Shown here one piece after another: positions 1 to 8,392 of a stretch of 58,961 nucleotides of DNA; within the stretch, counting starts at the first letter, position 1; each line of letters begins with the position of its first letter. The stretch spans positions 1 to 58,961 of the forward strand of contig UQWQ01000001.1 of NCBI GenBank assembly GCA_900544755.1. The letters run 5' to 3'. The stretch is from an uncultured Collinsella sp. GTDB lineage: Bacteria > Actinomycetota > Coriobacteriia > Coriobacteriales > Coriobacteriaceae. The notes beneath the pieces were generated by a model that did no database searches, was not told the origin of the DNA, and saw only the letters and a list, made by a program, of their open reading frames with translations. A program made the position numbers and the translations under genes.

Positions 1-171
1 TGAGATGGCGTAAGCCCCGCCGCCGATGAGAAGCGCCGCACAGAGGATTCCGGCACCCACTGCGCAAGCCTTCTTCTTTGCGGCCTCGCGTCCAAAGAGC
101 TTGACCGTCTCCTCCTTCTTCTCCGCTTCCTCCGCTGAGTCGGAAACCTGCGGAATCTCCGTAACCACCAT
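1..171 (-). CDS. 5' part of a membrane-anchored hypothetical protein (runs off the window edge)
   Basis: ATG at 171-169 with GAAGGAG RBS; translates MVVTEIPQVSDSAEEAEKKEETVKLFGREAAKKKACAVGAGILCAALLIGGGAYAIS, ending in a hydrophobic helix; no stop before the edge. Confidence 0.65.
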   Translation of the reverse strand, partial: MVVTEIPQVSDSAEEAEKKEETVKLFGREAAKKKACAVGAGILCAALLIGGGAYAIS

Positions 172-219
172 GGCTCCTTCCTGATTGCGATACTTCAGTA
201 TTTGCATTGTATTTCAAAT

Positions 220-249
220 TGTCACTTATATAGGTGTGACTTATATAGG
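220..249 (+). promoter_or_regulatory. Tandem 15-bp operator (C-box-like) between divergent genes
   Basis: TGTCACTTATATAGG (220-234) followed by TGTGACTTATATAGG (235-249), upstream of the XRE gene. Confidence 0.55.
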
Positions 250-289
250 GTTGGCTTGAATCATTGACACCGGTGGATAGGAGGTGCCG

Positions 290-523
290 ATGACTGAGCT
301 TGACCCCAAGATGCGCGTGGGGCTTCGCATTAAGGAGCTGAGGGGTGAGCTTGGCATGAGTCAAGAGGCCTTCGCATACTCCATCGAGATGTCCCGCACC
401 TATTTCGCCGAAGTCGAGACGGGCAAGCGAAACGTGTCTATTGAGAATATCGACCGCATAGCGAGGGGCCTCGGCGTTTCCCTGAGGGGCTTTTTCGACT
501 CAAATCTGTTTGCGGAGCGCTGA
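290..523 (+). CDS. XRE/HTH_3 transcriptional regulator, controller (C)-protein-like
   Basis: AGGAGG RBS at 279-284 favours ATG 290; ~77 aa with SQEAFA..SRTYFAEVETGKRNVS HTH signature. Confidence 0.9.
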   Translation: MTELDPKMRVGLRIKELRGELGMSQEAFAYSIEMSRTYFAEVETGKRNVSIENIDRIARGLGVSLRGFFDSNLFAER

Positions 524-679
524 GACATCAAGTTGAAGTGGCTCTATCGGTTGTTGACCCTGCTCCCCCAGTCAGACACATCATTGTGCTAACTCGATGG
601 CCGATAACGGTGCCTGCCAGAAATCGTGTCTTTGGGGTCCGATGGGTGAATCTTCAGGGGGTAATTGCAGGTTTGGTTG

Positions 680-1888
680 CTACGAGAATAGGTCAATTAC
701 TCCGCTGACATCTCGTGTATCGGTGTAGTAACGCCGGGCTGTCTCCGGATCGTGACCAAAGAGCGCTGCCCTTATCTCAATCGGGACACCTCTGTTACGG
801 GCAATGGTGTGGAGGGTTGCTCGCCACACATGGGAACGGGCTGTCTGCAAAAGTTCTATGTCACAGTCGCTTGCTATCTGACAATAAAGGGTGCGAACAG
901 CCTTCGAGCAGTTGGACTTGTCCCATTCGCGCCACGGATTATCGGTTGCGGGAGCGGGGAAAACCAATCCGACCCCACTACTTTCGGCTCGGCGATTTTC
1001 GAGTAACGAAATGACGCGCGAGTCGAGAACTGGGACAATTCGGCCTCGGTGGGTCTTGCTTGCCTCGTTGGCAACTTCAACCGAGTCACAGCCCTTGCTT
1101 ACCTTGTCCCAAGTGAGGGTTCGCGCCTCACCGATGCGCAATCCCGTGACGGCTTGCAGCGCTGTTAGCTCCACGATTGCCCTTTGCGCATTTGCAAGCT
1201 GTTGACGGGAATATTTTCCGCGTACGGAGCCACTTTGCGGCAGAGCGCCCTTCCAGCTGTCTGATAGGAGCCAATCGAGCACCTTTCCCCACTCGCTTTC
1301 CGAAAGCCCCTGCCCTCCTTGCGGCTTGTTGCTCGCCTTGTTTTCAGGTAGGTCGAAGCTCATCCCTGCAATTGGATTCGAGTTGAGCACGCCGCACATA
1401 ATTAGGGGTTGTATGACCCATTTGTTGACGACCTTCCGCACCTGTCGCGCCGTTGCTGTTCCGTGCTTTTCGGCAATCAGGCAGAGGGCTTTACCAAAGG
1501 TCCCGGCGCGCAGAGCGTCCGCAATCGGGTAGCCCCCAAGGGATTCCGTTGCGATAGAGAGGCAGAGAGCATAGCGTTCTCTGGTCGATGGGCGGAGGCG
1601 AGGGCTTTCCTCCATGCTCGGCAACGCCTCGGATTTTATGTATCCTCCGAAAAGGTCAGAACTGTTCCAATTGCTTTTCAGCCCGCATGTGGCTTTTAAC
1701 TCTTCGGCCTGCCGACGGGCTTTTGCGCGAAGTTCGCCTTTTGTCACGCAGCCTCTGGTGTCCCGACGGAGCGTGATGCCATCGGGGAGCCTGATGCTCC
1801 ATTTCATGCGGTATCCGCCGCGCGGGTCCTCCTTGATGTGTGCGCTGTCGATGGTGTCTTGACCGGGCTGGAGCCTTTCTCTTGGCAT
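680..1888 (-). CDS. int: Tyrosine recombinase / integrase
   Basis: Catalytic set R (TGLRIGE), K (SKT), HxxR (HVWR), GH and Y (RRYY); likely start ATG 1888 with GGAG RBS (ORF track start 1930). Confidence 0.92.
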   Translation of the reverse strand: MPRERLQPGQDTIDSAHIKEDPRGGYRMKWSIRLPDGITLRRDTRGCVTKGELRAKARRQAEELKATCGLKSNWNSSDLFGGYIKSEALPSMEESPRLRPSTRERYALCLSIATESLGGYPIADALRAGTFGKALCLIAEKHGTATARQVRKVVNKWVIQPLIMCGVLNSNPIAGMSFDLPENKASNKPQGGQGLSESEWGKVLDWLLSDSWKGALPQSGSVRGKYSRQQLANAQRAIVELTALQAVTGLRIGEARTLTWDKVSKGCDSVEVANEASKTHRGRIVPVLDSRVISLLENRRAESSGVGLVFPAPATDNPWREWDKSNCSKAVRTLYCQIASDCDIELLQTARSHVWRATLHTIARNRGVPIEIRAALFGHDPETARRYYTDTRDVSGVIDLFS

Positions 1889-1903
1889 ATTTGCTCCGTT
1901 CTG

Positions 1904-1927
1904 TGTCCCTACTATTGTCCCTACTAT
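1904..1927 (+). repeat. Perfect 12-bp tandem repeat TGTCCCTACTAT x2; candidate integrase arm-type sites
   Basis: 1904-1915 and 1916-1927 are identical and lie between int and the att core. Confidence 0.6.
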
Positions 1928-2031
1928 CATGGGGAGACTTAGGGATTAGATTAGCAACAGTGGGATAAAAAATATATATCTACCAGCAGAAAGTAATAGA
2001 TAATCACCGTATAAAATTATAGCACTACAAT

Positions 2032-2070
2032 ACCCGGAGGTCGTAGGTTCAAATCCTGCCCCCGCGACCA
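2032..2070 (+). other. 3' fragment of initiator-type tRNA-Met; att core of the integrated element
   Basis: ACCCGGAGGTCGTAGGTTCAAATCCTGCCCCCGCGACCA = 3' anticodon stem, T-arm (GGTTCAAATCC), acceptor and CCA; no 5' half upstream (AT-rich sequence instead). Confidence 0.85.
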
Positions 2071-2079
2071 AGAACTTGC

Positions 2080-2110
2080 AGCTCGTCGGCCTAGCCGGCG
2101 AGCTTTTTTG
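2080..2110 (+). terminator. Intrinsic terminator of the original tRNA locus
   Basis: AGCTCGTCGGC-CTA-GCCGGCGAGCT hairpin followed by a T run. Confidence 0.75.
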
Positions 2111-2146
2111 TTATTTCGGGACTGTGTTTTCGGTCCAACTCTCGGC

Positions 2147-2298
2147 CTCTCAAACAAAATCTCGATCTGTAACATCTAGACCCGATTTGGGCGGCTAGGT
2201 GTTACAGATCGAGATTTTCCGGCAGCCGGCCCCCGTTTGTCTAAATCTGTAACACGAGGGATGGATTTTGCCGAGTAGCTGTTACAGATTGAGATTTT
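2147..2298. repeat. Palindromic array copy 1 (two 80-bp units)
   Basis: Arms ending ATCTGTAAC at 2173 and 2253; reverse-complement arms starting GTTACAGAT at 2201 and 2281; 27-bp spacers. Confidence 0.9.
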
Positions 2299-2551
2299 GT
2301 TGTTGCTCTCCTTTATGAGTGAATCTTGACTCTTTTTATTATGTGAGGCGGACGGGCTATCGATAATCACGGGCTGGATGGATTGACTTGTCGATTGATA
2401 GATTCCAATTGGAAGGAGCTGCGACGACCCTTAACGATCCTTAACTAGAAACAGTGACGTCTTAAAAACAATAAAGGGGCCGCTATGTAGGGGCCGTCTA
2501 TACGATGCCTTTGACTTACACTTCTTTATGGAGCCATGTAAGGAGGCGGCA

Positions 2552-3995
2552 ATGCAGCAACCCATCGCGACAAACGATGTGATTCTATTTTCCACTCTCA
2601 GGGAGAATCAGTACTTCGATCGAAAGAGCGCCCGCAAGGATGACAAGGAGATTGCGAAGCATTATTAGTGCATTCGCCAACTCGGCGGGAGGCAAGCTCG
2701 TTATCGGTATCGAGGATAATGGTGAGGTGACGGGCTTCAAGCGTAACGGCGCGCGCGACATTGAGAAATTCGAGCGCGCTGCGCTCACGACTTGCACGCC
2801 AACCCCTATTGTCCGCAAAGACCGAATCCCCGTGGTCAATTCTTCGGGCGAGGAGGACTTCGTTCTCGTTTTGGACATCGATGCCTCGACCAACCACTCT
2901 GTTGCTCGCGTGAGCGACGGCGAGGTTTTCTTGCGGCAGGACGACAAGAGCGTGAGGCTCAGCCGCGAACAGGTATTTGCCCTCGAGTACGATAAGGGGC
3001 AGAGAATCTTCGAGGACGAGCTTGTTGAGGATTCCTCCCTAGATGACGTGGACCATGAAGTGCTTGATCGCTACAAAGGGATTCTTGGAACCGAAGTTTC
3101 CGACGAGCAGGTCCTTAGAAGTCGTCGTTTTATGCGTGACGGAAAGCTGACCGTTGCTGGAGCCTTGCTATTCGCGCTGGATCCGTCCGCGATGATGCCA
3201 CAGGCGCGAGTCCGTGTCCTGCGCTACGACGGCGTCAAAATGGAGACGGGCGAGCGTCTCAACATCACGAAAGAACGAAGCTTCTGTGGGCCGCTGCCTA
3301 AGGTGATCCAAGACGCCTACGAACTCATCTCGAGCATGCTCCGCGAATTTCAGTTCCTGGGGCCCGACGGGAAATTCCAGACCGTGCCTGAGTATCCTGA
3401 GTTCGCCTGGTTCGAGGGCTTGGTCAACGCGGTGACACATCGCGACTACTCGTTCCGCGGCGACTACATCCGGGTCTCGATGTTCGACGACCGTTTGGAA
3501 ATCATCAGTCCAGGCGCGCTTCCCAATATCGTGACGCTCGACAACATGAGGACCACTCGTTACTCGCGCAACCCACGCATCGCGCGCACGCTGGTTGAAT
3601 TCGGTTGGGTTCGGGAGCTAAACGAGGGCGTCAAGCGCATTTATACCGAGATGCAAAACTCTCTGCTCAATGATCCGGTCTACACGGAACCTGATGGGGC
3701 AAGGGTTCAGCTAACGCTTGAGAACAATATCGTTGCCAGAACCGTAAGGAGAAGCGAGGCTCTCGAGGACAAGGTATCACCGGAGGTGATCGCCTCATTG
3801 GGGGAGTATGAGCTCGCCGCCGTCAGGTTGGCCTTTGCGAACGGAAGGGTGACAGCAAGGGAGCTTGCAGCGCACATCGGGAGAAATCGCCGCACAGCAA
3901 GCCGGGTGCTTGGTAAGTTAATTGAGGAAGACGGGCTGCTCGAATGGCACGGCTCATCCCATAACGACCCAAAACAGTTCTACACGATAAGGTAA
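2552..3995 (+). pseudogene. Schlafen/AlbA_2 + HATPase_c_4 + C-terminal wHTH protein (RecG-like regulator family), frameshifted near 2663
   Basis: AGGAGG then ATG 2552 gives ..ENQYFDRKSARKDDKEIAKH-Y-stop (TAG 2666); the +1 frame continues ISAFANSAGGKLVIGIED..EGLVNAVTHRDY..SPG..RNP..EG; removing one T restores KHISAFAN. Confidence 0.8.
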
Positions 3996-4008
3996 GGTGG
4001 TCGATCTA

Positions 4009-4050
4009 TTTCGCACCTCTGTCGCAGTAATGTCGCACCTCTGTCGCAGT
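4009..4050 (+). repeat. T(G/T)TCGCA boxes x4 at 11-bp period (18-bp direct repeat x2)
   Basis: TCGCACCTCTGTCGCAGT at 4011-4028 and 4033-4050. Confidence 0.8.
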
Positions 4051-4085
4051 GGCTTCGATGACGCGTGGATATAGTCCCTCGGCAA

Positions 4086-4400
4086 ATCTCAAACAAAATC
4101 TCAATCTGTAACGGGTAGGGGTCAAAAGCGGGCCTAGATGTTACGGATTGAGATTGTTGAGGATGGGCTGAGGGGAATGTCTCGATCTGTAACACGTGGG
4201 GCCGTTTTTGGCCGATAGATGTTACAGAACGAGATTTTTCGGCAGCCGGGCTCCGTTTATCTGAATCTGTGACACGAGGGACGGATTTTGCCGGGTAGCT
4301 GTTACAGATTTAGATGTTCTAGCGGGCCGGGTTGGTTTGTCTCGATCTGTAACAGGTGGAGGCCAAAAGTGGGCCTTACTGTTACAGATTGAGACAAACC
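4086..4400. repeat. Palindromic array copy 2 (four ~80-bp units)
   Basis: Left arms end at 4112, 4193, 4273, 4353; right arms start at 4140, 4221, 4301, 4381; all spacers 27 bp. Confidence 0.9.
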
Positions 4401-4536
4401 GACGGGCCGCCCCACCCCATCCACCTGCCGCTACCTGCTGTCTGCCGATTTCCGTTGCGCCACTGTGCTCCCATGCCATATCCTCTAGACAACTACGCGG
4501 CATCATCGCCGCCGCGCCTACAAGAGAGGAATGTCC

Positions 4537-6567
4537 ATGACCGCACCTGCATCCAAGCTGCTCCAGCCCATTACGGTTGGCCCCCTTGAGCTCAAAAACC
4601 GCATTATGTTCCCGCCGCTGACCACCGGCTACGAGGAGCGCGACGGTTCCATCGGCGAACGCAGCCTGGCTTTTTACGAGCGCCTGGCCCGTGGCGGCGT
4701 GAGCTACATCGTCATCGGCGACGTTGCTCCCGTTATGACCGCAAGCCCCACGCCCAAGTTGGCGACCGACACCCAGATCCCCACGTTTAAGGCGCTGGCC
4801 GACGCTGTTCACAAGCACGGCGCCAAGGTCGCGCTGCAGCTGTTCCACCCCGAGTATGACGTGCCCGGCGTCGGCCGCATGGTCATGGGCTCCATGGCCG
4901 CTGCGAAAGCTGCGCAGGAGGCCAAGGCCGCCGGCGACGAGGAGACCTTTGCCGCCAAAATGGCCGAGTCCAACGAGATCCGCAAGCAGGCCTACGCCAA
5001 GCTGCACCACGACATGCAGCACTTTGTGAACGAGGCCACCGTGGAGCAACTCACCCAGATCAAGGAGGCCATCGCCGCCTCGGCCGCCCGCGCACAGCAG
5101 GCTGGGATCGATGCCATCGAGGTCCACGGCGACCGCCTGGTGGGTTCGCTGTGCTCTGCCATCCTCAACAAGCGTACCGACGAGTACGGTGGCTCGTTCG
5201 AGAACCGCGTTCGCTATGCGCTCGAGGTCGTCGCCGCCATTAAGGAAGCCGCGCCGGAGCTGATGGTGGAGTACAAGCTCCCCGTGATCATGGAGAACCC
5301 CGACGGCACGCCGCGCGGCAAGGGCGGCCTGCAGCCCGACGAGGCCTGCGAGTTTGCCAAACTGCTCGAGGGTGCGGGCATCGATATGATCCAGGTTGCA
5401 CAGGCCAACCACACCGGCAACATGGGCGACACCATTCCGCCCATGGGGGCCATGCCCTACAACTGGACGCTGCCCGTGGCCGAGCGCGTCAAGGCCCTGG
5501 TCTCCGTGCCGGTGGCAACCGTGGGCCGTGTCGTCTCGGTCGAGGCCGGCGAGAAGATTCTGGAAGACGGCGCGGCCGACATCATCGCCTATGGTCGCTC
5601 GCTTATGTGCGACCCCGACATTGCGCTCAAGGCCGCCACGGGTGAGCCCATCCGCGAGTGCCTCAACTGCAACAAGGGCTGCGTCGACGCGATTCAAAAC
5701 CGCAAGTACATTTCGTGCGTGCTCAATGCCGAGAACGGAGACGAGGCGACCATCGCCATTAAGCCGGGCGAGGGCGACAAGAAGATTGCCGTGGTGGGCG
5801 GCGGTATTGCCGGCCTGGAGGCCGCGCGCGTGGCGGCCAAGCGCGGCTACGACGTGACCGTCTATGAGGCGAGCGACCATCTGGGCGGCCAGATTGTGCT
5901 GGCAGCCGCGCCCCCGCGCAAGGACGAGATCATGCGCTCGGTCGAGTACTACGAGAAGATTCTGCCCGGCCTGGGCGTGAAGGTTGAGCTCAACCATGCC
6001 GCTACCGCTGAGGACCTCAACGCCGCCGACGCCGCGATTGTGGCCGTGGGCGCGCACGACGTGGTCATCCCCGTTCCGGGTGCCGATTCGGACAAGGTCG
6101 TCTCGAGCTGGGACGTGCTGGCCGGCAAGGTGGAGCTTACGGGACGCGTCGCCGTCATTGGCGGTGGCCTGGTGGGCACCGAGACTGCCGAGTACCTGCT
6201 GCAGCACGGCTGCGAGGTGGCGATCGTGGAGATGCTCGACAAGATTGCCGCGGGCGAGTCCGAGACCATTCTGCCGCTGATTATGAGCGACTTTGCAGAG
6301 CACGACGTGGAGCAGCACGTGAAGACCCGCCTGACCGCCATTACCGACGAGGGCGTGGAGGCCGTCCGCACCGCCGAGGACGGCGCCGAGGAGCCGGTGA
6401 AGATCGCCTGCGATTACGTGGTGATGGCCGTGGGCTCCAAGGCCAACGCGTTTGACCTTGATGGCGTGACGGTGCCCGTGACCTGCGTGGGCGACTGCTC
6501 GGGCGAGCGCACCGCCGATATTGCGAGCGCCATTCGCACGGCATATCACGCGGCCAACGAGCTTTAA
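4537..6567 (+). CDS. bilR: Bilirubin reductase, long form (Old Yellow Enzyme TIM barrel + 4Fe-4S + FAD/NAD-binding domains)
   Basis: LKNRIMFPPLTTGYEERDG N-terminus; active-site IEVHGDR motif diagnostic of BilR; CLNCNKGC..C cluster motif; two GxGxxG folds; GAGAGGA RBS favours ATG 4537. Confidence 0.85.
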   Translation: MTAPASKLLQPITVGPLELKNRIMFPPLTTGYEERDGSIGERSLAFYERLARGGVSYIVIGDVAPVMTASPTPKLATDTQIPTFKALADAVHKHGAKVALQLFHPEYDVPGVGRMVMGSMAAAKAAQEAKAAGDEETFAAKMAESNEIRKQAYAKLHHDMQHFVNEATVEQLTQIKEAIAASAARAQQAGIDAIEVHGDRLVGSLCSAILNKRTDEYGGSFENRVRYALEVVAAIKEAAPELMVEYKLPVIMENPDGTPRGKGGLQPDEACEFAKLLEGAGIDMIQVAQANHTGNMGDTIPPMGAMPYNWTLPVAERVKALVSVPVATVGRVVSVEAGEKILEDGAADIIAYGRSLMCDPDIALKAATGEPIRECLNCNKGCVDAIQNRKYISCVLNAENGDEATIAIKPGEGDKKIAVVGGGIAGLEAARVAAKRGYDVTVYEASDHLGGQIVLAAAPPRKDEIMRSVEYYEKILPGLGVKVELNHAATAEDLNAADAAIVAVGAHDVVIPVPGADSDKVVSSWDVLAGKVELTGRVAVIGGGLVGTETAEYLLQHGCEVAIVEMLDKIAAGESETILPLIMSDFAEHDVEQHVKTRLTAITDEGVEAVRTAEDGAEEPVKIACDYVVMAVGSKANAFDLDGVTVPVTCVGDCSGERTADIASAIRTAYHAANEL

Positions 6568-6593
6568 GCAAGAAAGCTATCGCGTATTGAGTG

Positions 6594-6630
6594 GGCGGGG
6601 AGTGCCGTATCGGCGCTCCCCGCCTTTTTT
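6594..6630 (+). terminator. Intrinsic terminator after bilR
   Basis: GGCGGGGAGTGCCG-TAT-CGGCGCTCCCCGCC followed by T6. Confidence 0.85.
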
Positions 6631-6662
6631 GCCAATGAGGGCGCCCCTGACCAGCGGGTTCA

Positions 6663-6743
6663 GAAAATCCGACTTCTTAGAATATGAAAGTCCGAATTAT
6701 ATGAACAGGAAAATCCGAATCGCAACCACCCGAAAATCCGAAT
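6663..6743 (+). promoter_or_regulatory. Four direct repeats GAAARTCCGA(A/C)T at exact 23-bp period
   Basis: Copies start at 6663, 6686, 6709 and 6732, upstream of the AAA/DUF4143 gene. Confidence 0.75.
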
Positions 6744-6802
6744 TTGCTACAGTGGAATAGAAGAACCAGAAAGCAGGAACTGGAAATCTGCGGGGGTGGC
6801 TC

Positions 6803-8107
6803 ATGGCGGGCGAGAGGCTACATCGGGACGGATACATCCCGCGTATCGTGGATGCGCAAATCGAACGCTACCTTCGCGTCTTTGGCGCGGTCGAGATTGC
6901 GGGCACCAAGTGGTGCGGCAAGACGTGGGCCGCGCTCGAGCACGGGGCGTCCGTCTCGTATGTCGACGAGAATCTCGACCTCGCGCGTGCCGACCCGGCG
7001 ATGATGTTGCTGGGAGACCGTCCGCATATTATCGATGAGTGGCAGCGCGTTCCCCAGATTTGGGACTACGTTAGACACGAGGTCGACCGTGCCCGGGGCA
7101 CGCGCGGCGCCTATATCCTCACGGGTTCCGCCACGCCTGCGTTTGGCTCAAAGGCGGAAGCGCCCGCGCATAGTGGAGCCGGCCGCATCGGCCGCGTCCG
7201 CATGCACCCCATGACGCTTGCCGAGACAGGTGAGTCCAGTGGCAAGGTGAGCCTGGCGGGCTTGTTTGAGCATCGTTTTGAGCCCTGTCGGTGCGATGGC
7301 GATACGCCGGGGCTTGTCGAAGCCGCCTGCCGCGGCGGCTGGCCCGAGGCGATCGATATGGTTTCGGCTGACGCCCAGCTCATCGCCCGCGAATATCTCA
7401 ACACCACATTTTCGAGCAGCTTCCCGGCGGTCGGTCTCGACCCCGATATTGCTCGTCGAGTCTCCGCATCGATCGCGCGCAATCTGGGACAGGCAACCAC
7501 GTATAAAACGATTCTTATGGATATGTTCGGTGCCGAGGAGGAGCCCGCAGCGTTTGCCGATGAGACCAAGGTGCGCAGGTACCTGGATGCCCTCAAAGGC
7601 ATGTTCATTCTCGAGGAGGTTCCCGGTTGGGTTCCCGCCGCGCGCGACAAACGGCGCTTTACCGTCAAGCCCAAGCGCTATCTGGCAGATCCGAGCCTTG
7701 CTTGCGCCTTGCTAGGTATGTCCTTGCAGGCGCTGCTTGCCGACTGGCAGACATTTGGTCTGGTGTTTGAGAATTTGGTCATACGCGACCTTTCGGTCTA
7801 CGCACGTTCGCTCGACCTGCTGGATAGCACGCCCGTGCGCTATTATCGCGACGATTCGGGCCTTGAGTGCGATGCTATCGTGCAGCTAGCCGACGGACGG
7901 TGGGCCGCCTTTGAGATTAGGGTGAGCGAAGATAAGGCGAGCGCCGGCATCGAGAGTCTCAAGCGCGTTCGCAAGAAGGTCTGTGGAAATCCTCGTTCAC
8001 GCACACGCGAACCGGAGTTTATGGCCGTGATTGTGGGGGTGGGTGAGTACGCCCGCGAGGTCGAGGACGGTATCTACGTGATACCCGTGCGCGCGTTGGG
8101 GTGTTAA
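6803..8107 (+). CDS. AAA_14 ATPase with C-terminal DUF4143 (PD-(D/E)xK-like) domain
   Basis: Walker A GTKWCGKT, Walker B IIDEWQ, ILTGS, HSGAGRI, GGWP, KRYLADPSL, FENLV, YYRD..E.D. Confidence 0.9.
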   Translation: MAGERLHRDGYIPRIVDAQIERYLRVFGAVEIAGTKWCGKTWAALEHGASVSYVDENLDLARADPAMMLLGDRPHIIDEWQRVPQIWDYVRHEVDRARGTRGAYILTGSATPAFGSKAEAPAHSGAGRIGRVRMHPMTLAETGESSGKVSLAGLFEHRFEPCRCDGDTPGLVEAACRGGWPEAIDMVSADAQLIAREYLNTTFSSSFPAVGLDPDIARRVSASIARNLGQATTYKTILMDMFGAEEEPAAFADETKVRRYLDALKGMFILEEVPGWVPAARDKRRFTVKPKRYLADPSLACALLGMSLQALLADWQTFGLVFENLVIRDLSVYARSLDLLDSTPVRYYRDDSGLECDAIVQLADGRWAAFEIRVSEDKASAGIESLKRVRKKVCGNPRSRTREPEFMAVIVGVGEYAREVEDGIYVIPVRALGC

Positions 8108-8146
8108 GGGGCAGCACGCCGTGTGTTCTCCGCCCGGCGCTACGGA

Positions 8147-8213
8147 TTGGTGCAAGGGGGTCAGGTTTGTTTGCGCTATGTTGGTGCGAAGTAACCTGAC
8201 CCCTTTGCACCAA
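8147..8213. repeat. REP-like inverted repeat (21-bp arms, GGGGTCAGG type)
   Basis: TTGGTGCAAGGGGGTCAGGTT (8147-8167) and AACCTGACCCCTTTGCACCAA (8193-8213), one mismatch. Confidence 0.8.
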
Positions 8214-8392
8214 GGGTTTGGCTTTTAAGACATCATTAAGGCTTGCGCTGTGGAGCAAACCGCAGGTCAATGCTATTCTTTTACCTTATCGTATGGTGTT
8301 GTATTCTGCCTGAATTCTATGCCTACGAGCAACGGATTGATCGCGACCAAGCGGAAAGGACGGCACGCCCGCTAGCAGGGCAAACGCAAACG

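Larger units (their letters stand above)
1..2070. mobile_element. Right-hand end of a tRNA-Met-integrated element (IME/ICE/prophage; type not determinable)
   Basis: Tyrosine integrase next to a duplicated tRNA 3' fragment, tandem arm-type repeats and an XRE regulator; the other end is outside the window. Confidence 0.75.

Noticed and set aside
2000..2070. Complete tRNA gene
   Set aside because: Only the 3' half is present; no D-arm, anticodon or 5' acceptor strand
2640..3995. Intact 451-aa gene starting MTRRLRS
   Set aside because: The conserved N-terminal motif and the strong RBS belong to the 2552 frame; better explained as a frameshift
4086..4400. CRISPR array
   Set aside because: Repeats alternate in orientation, are only ~15 bp and degenerate, spacers resemble one another, and there are no cas genes in the window
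4222..6549. 775-aa minus-strand ORF, and similar long antisense ORFs (31747-33969, 36794-38539, 42357-44918, 47677-49452, 57106-58632)
   Set aside because: Shadow frames of well-supported high-GC genes on the opposite strand; no recognisable motifs
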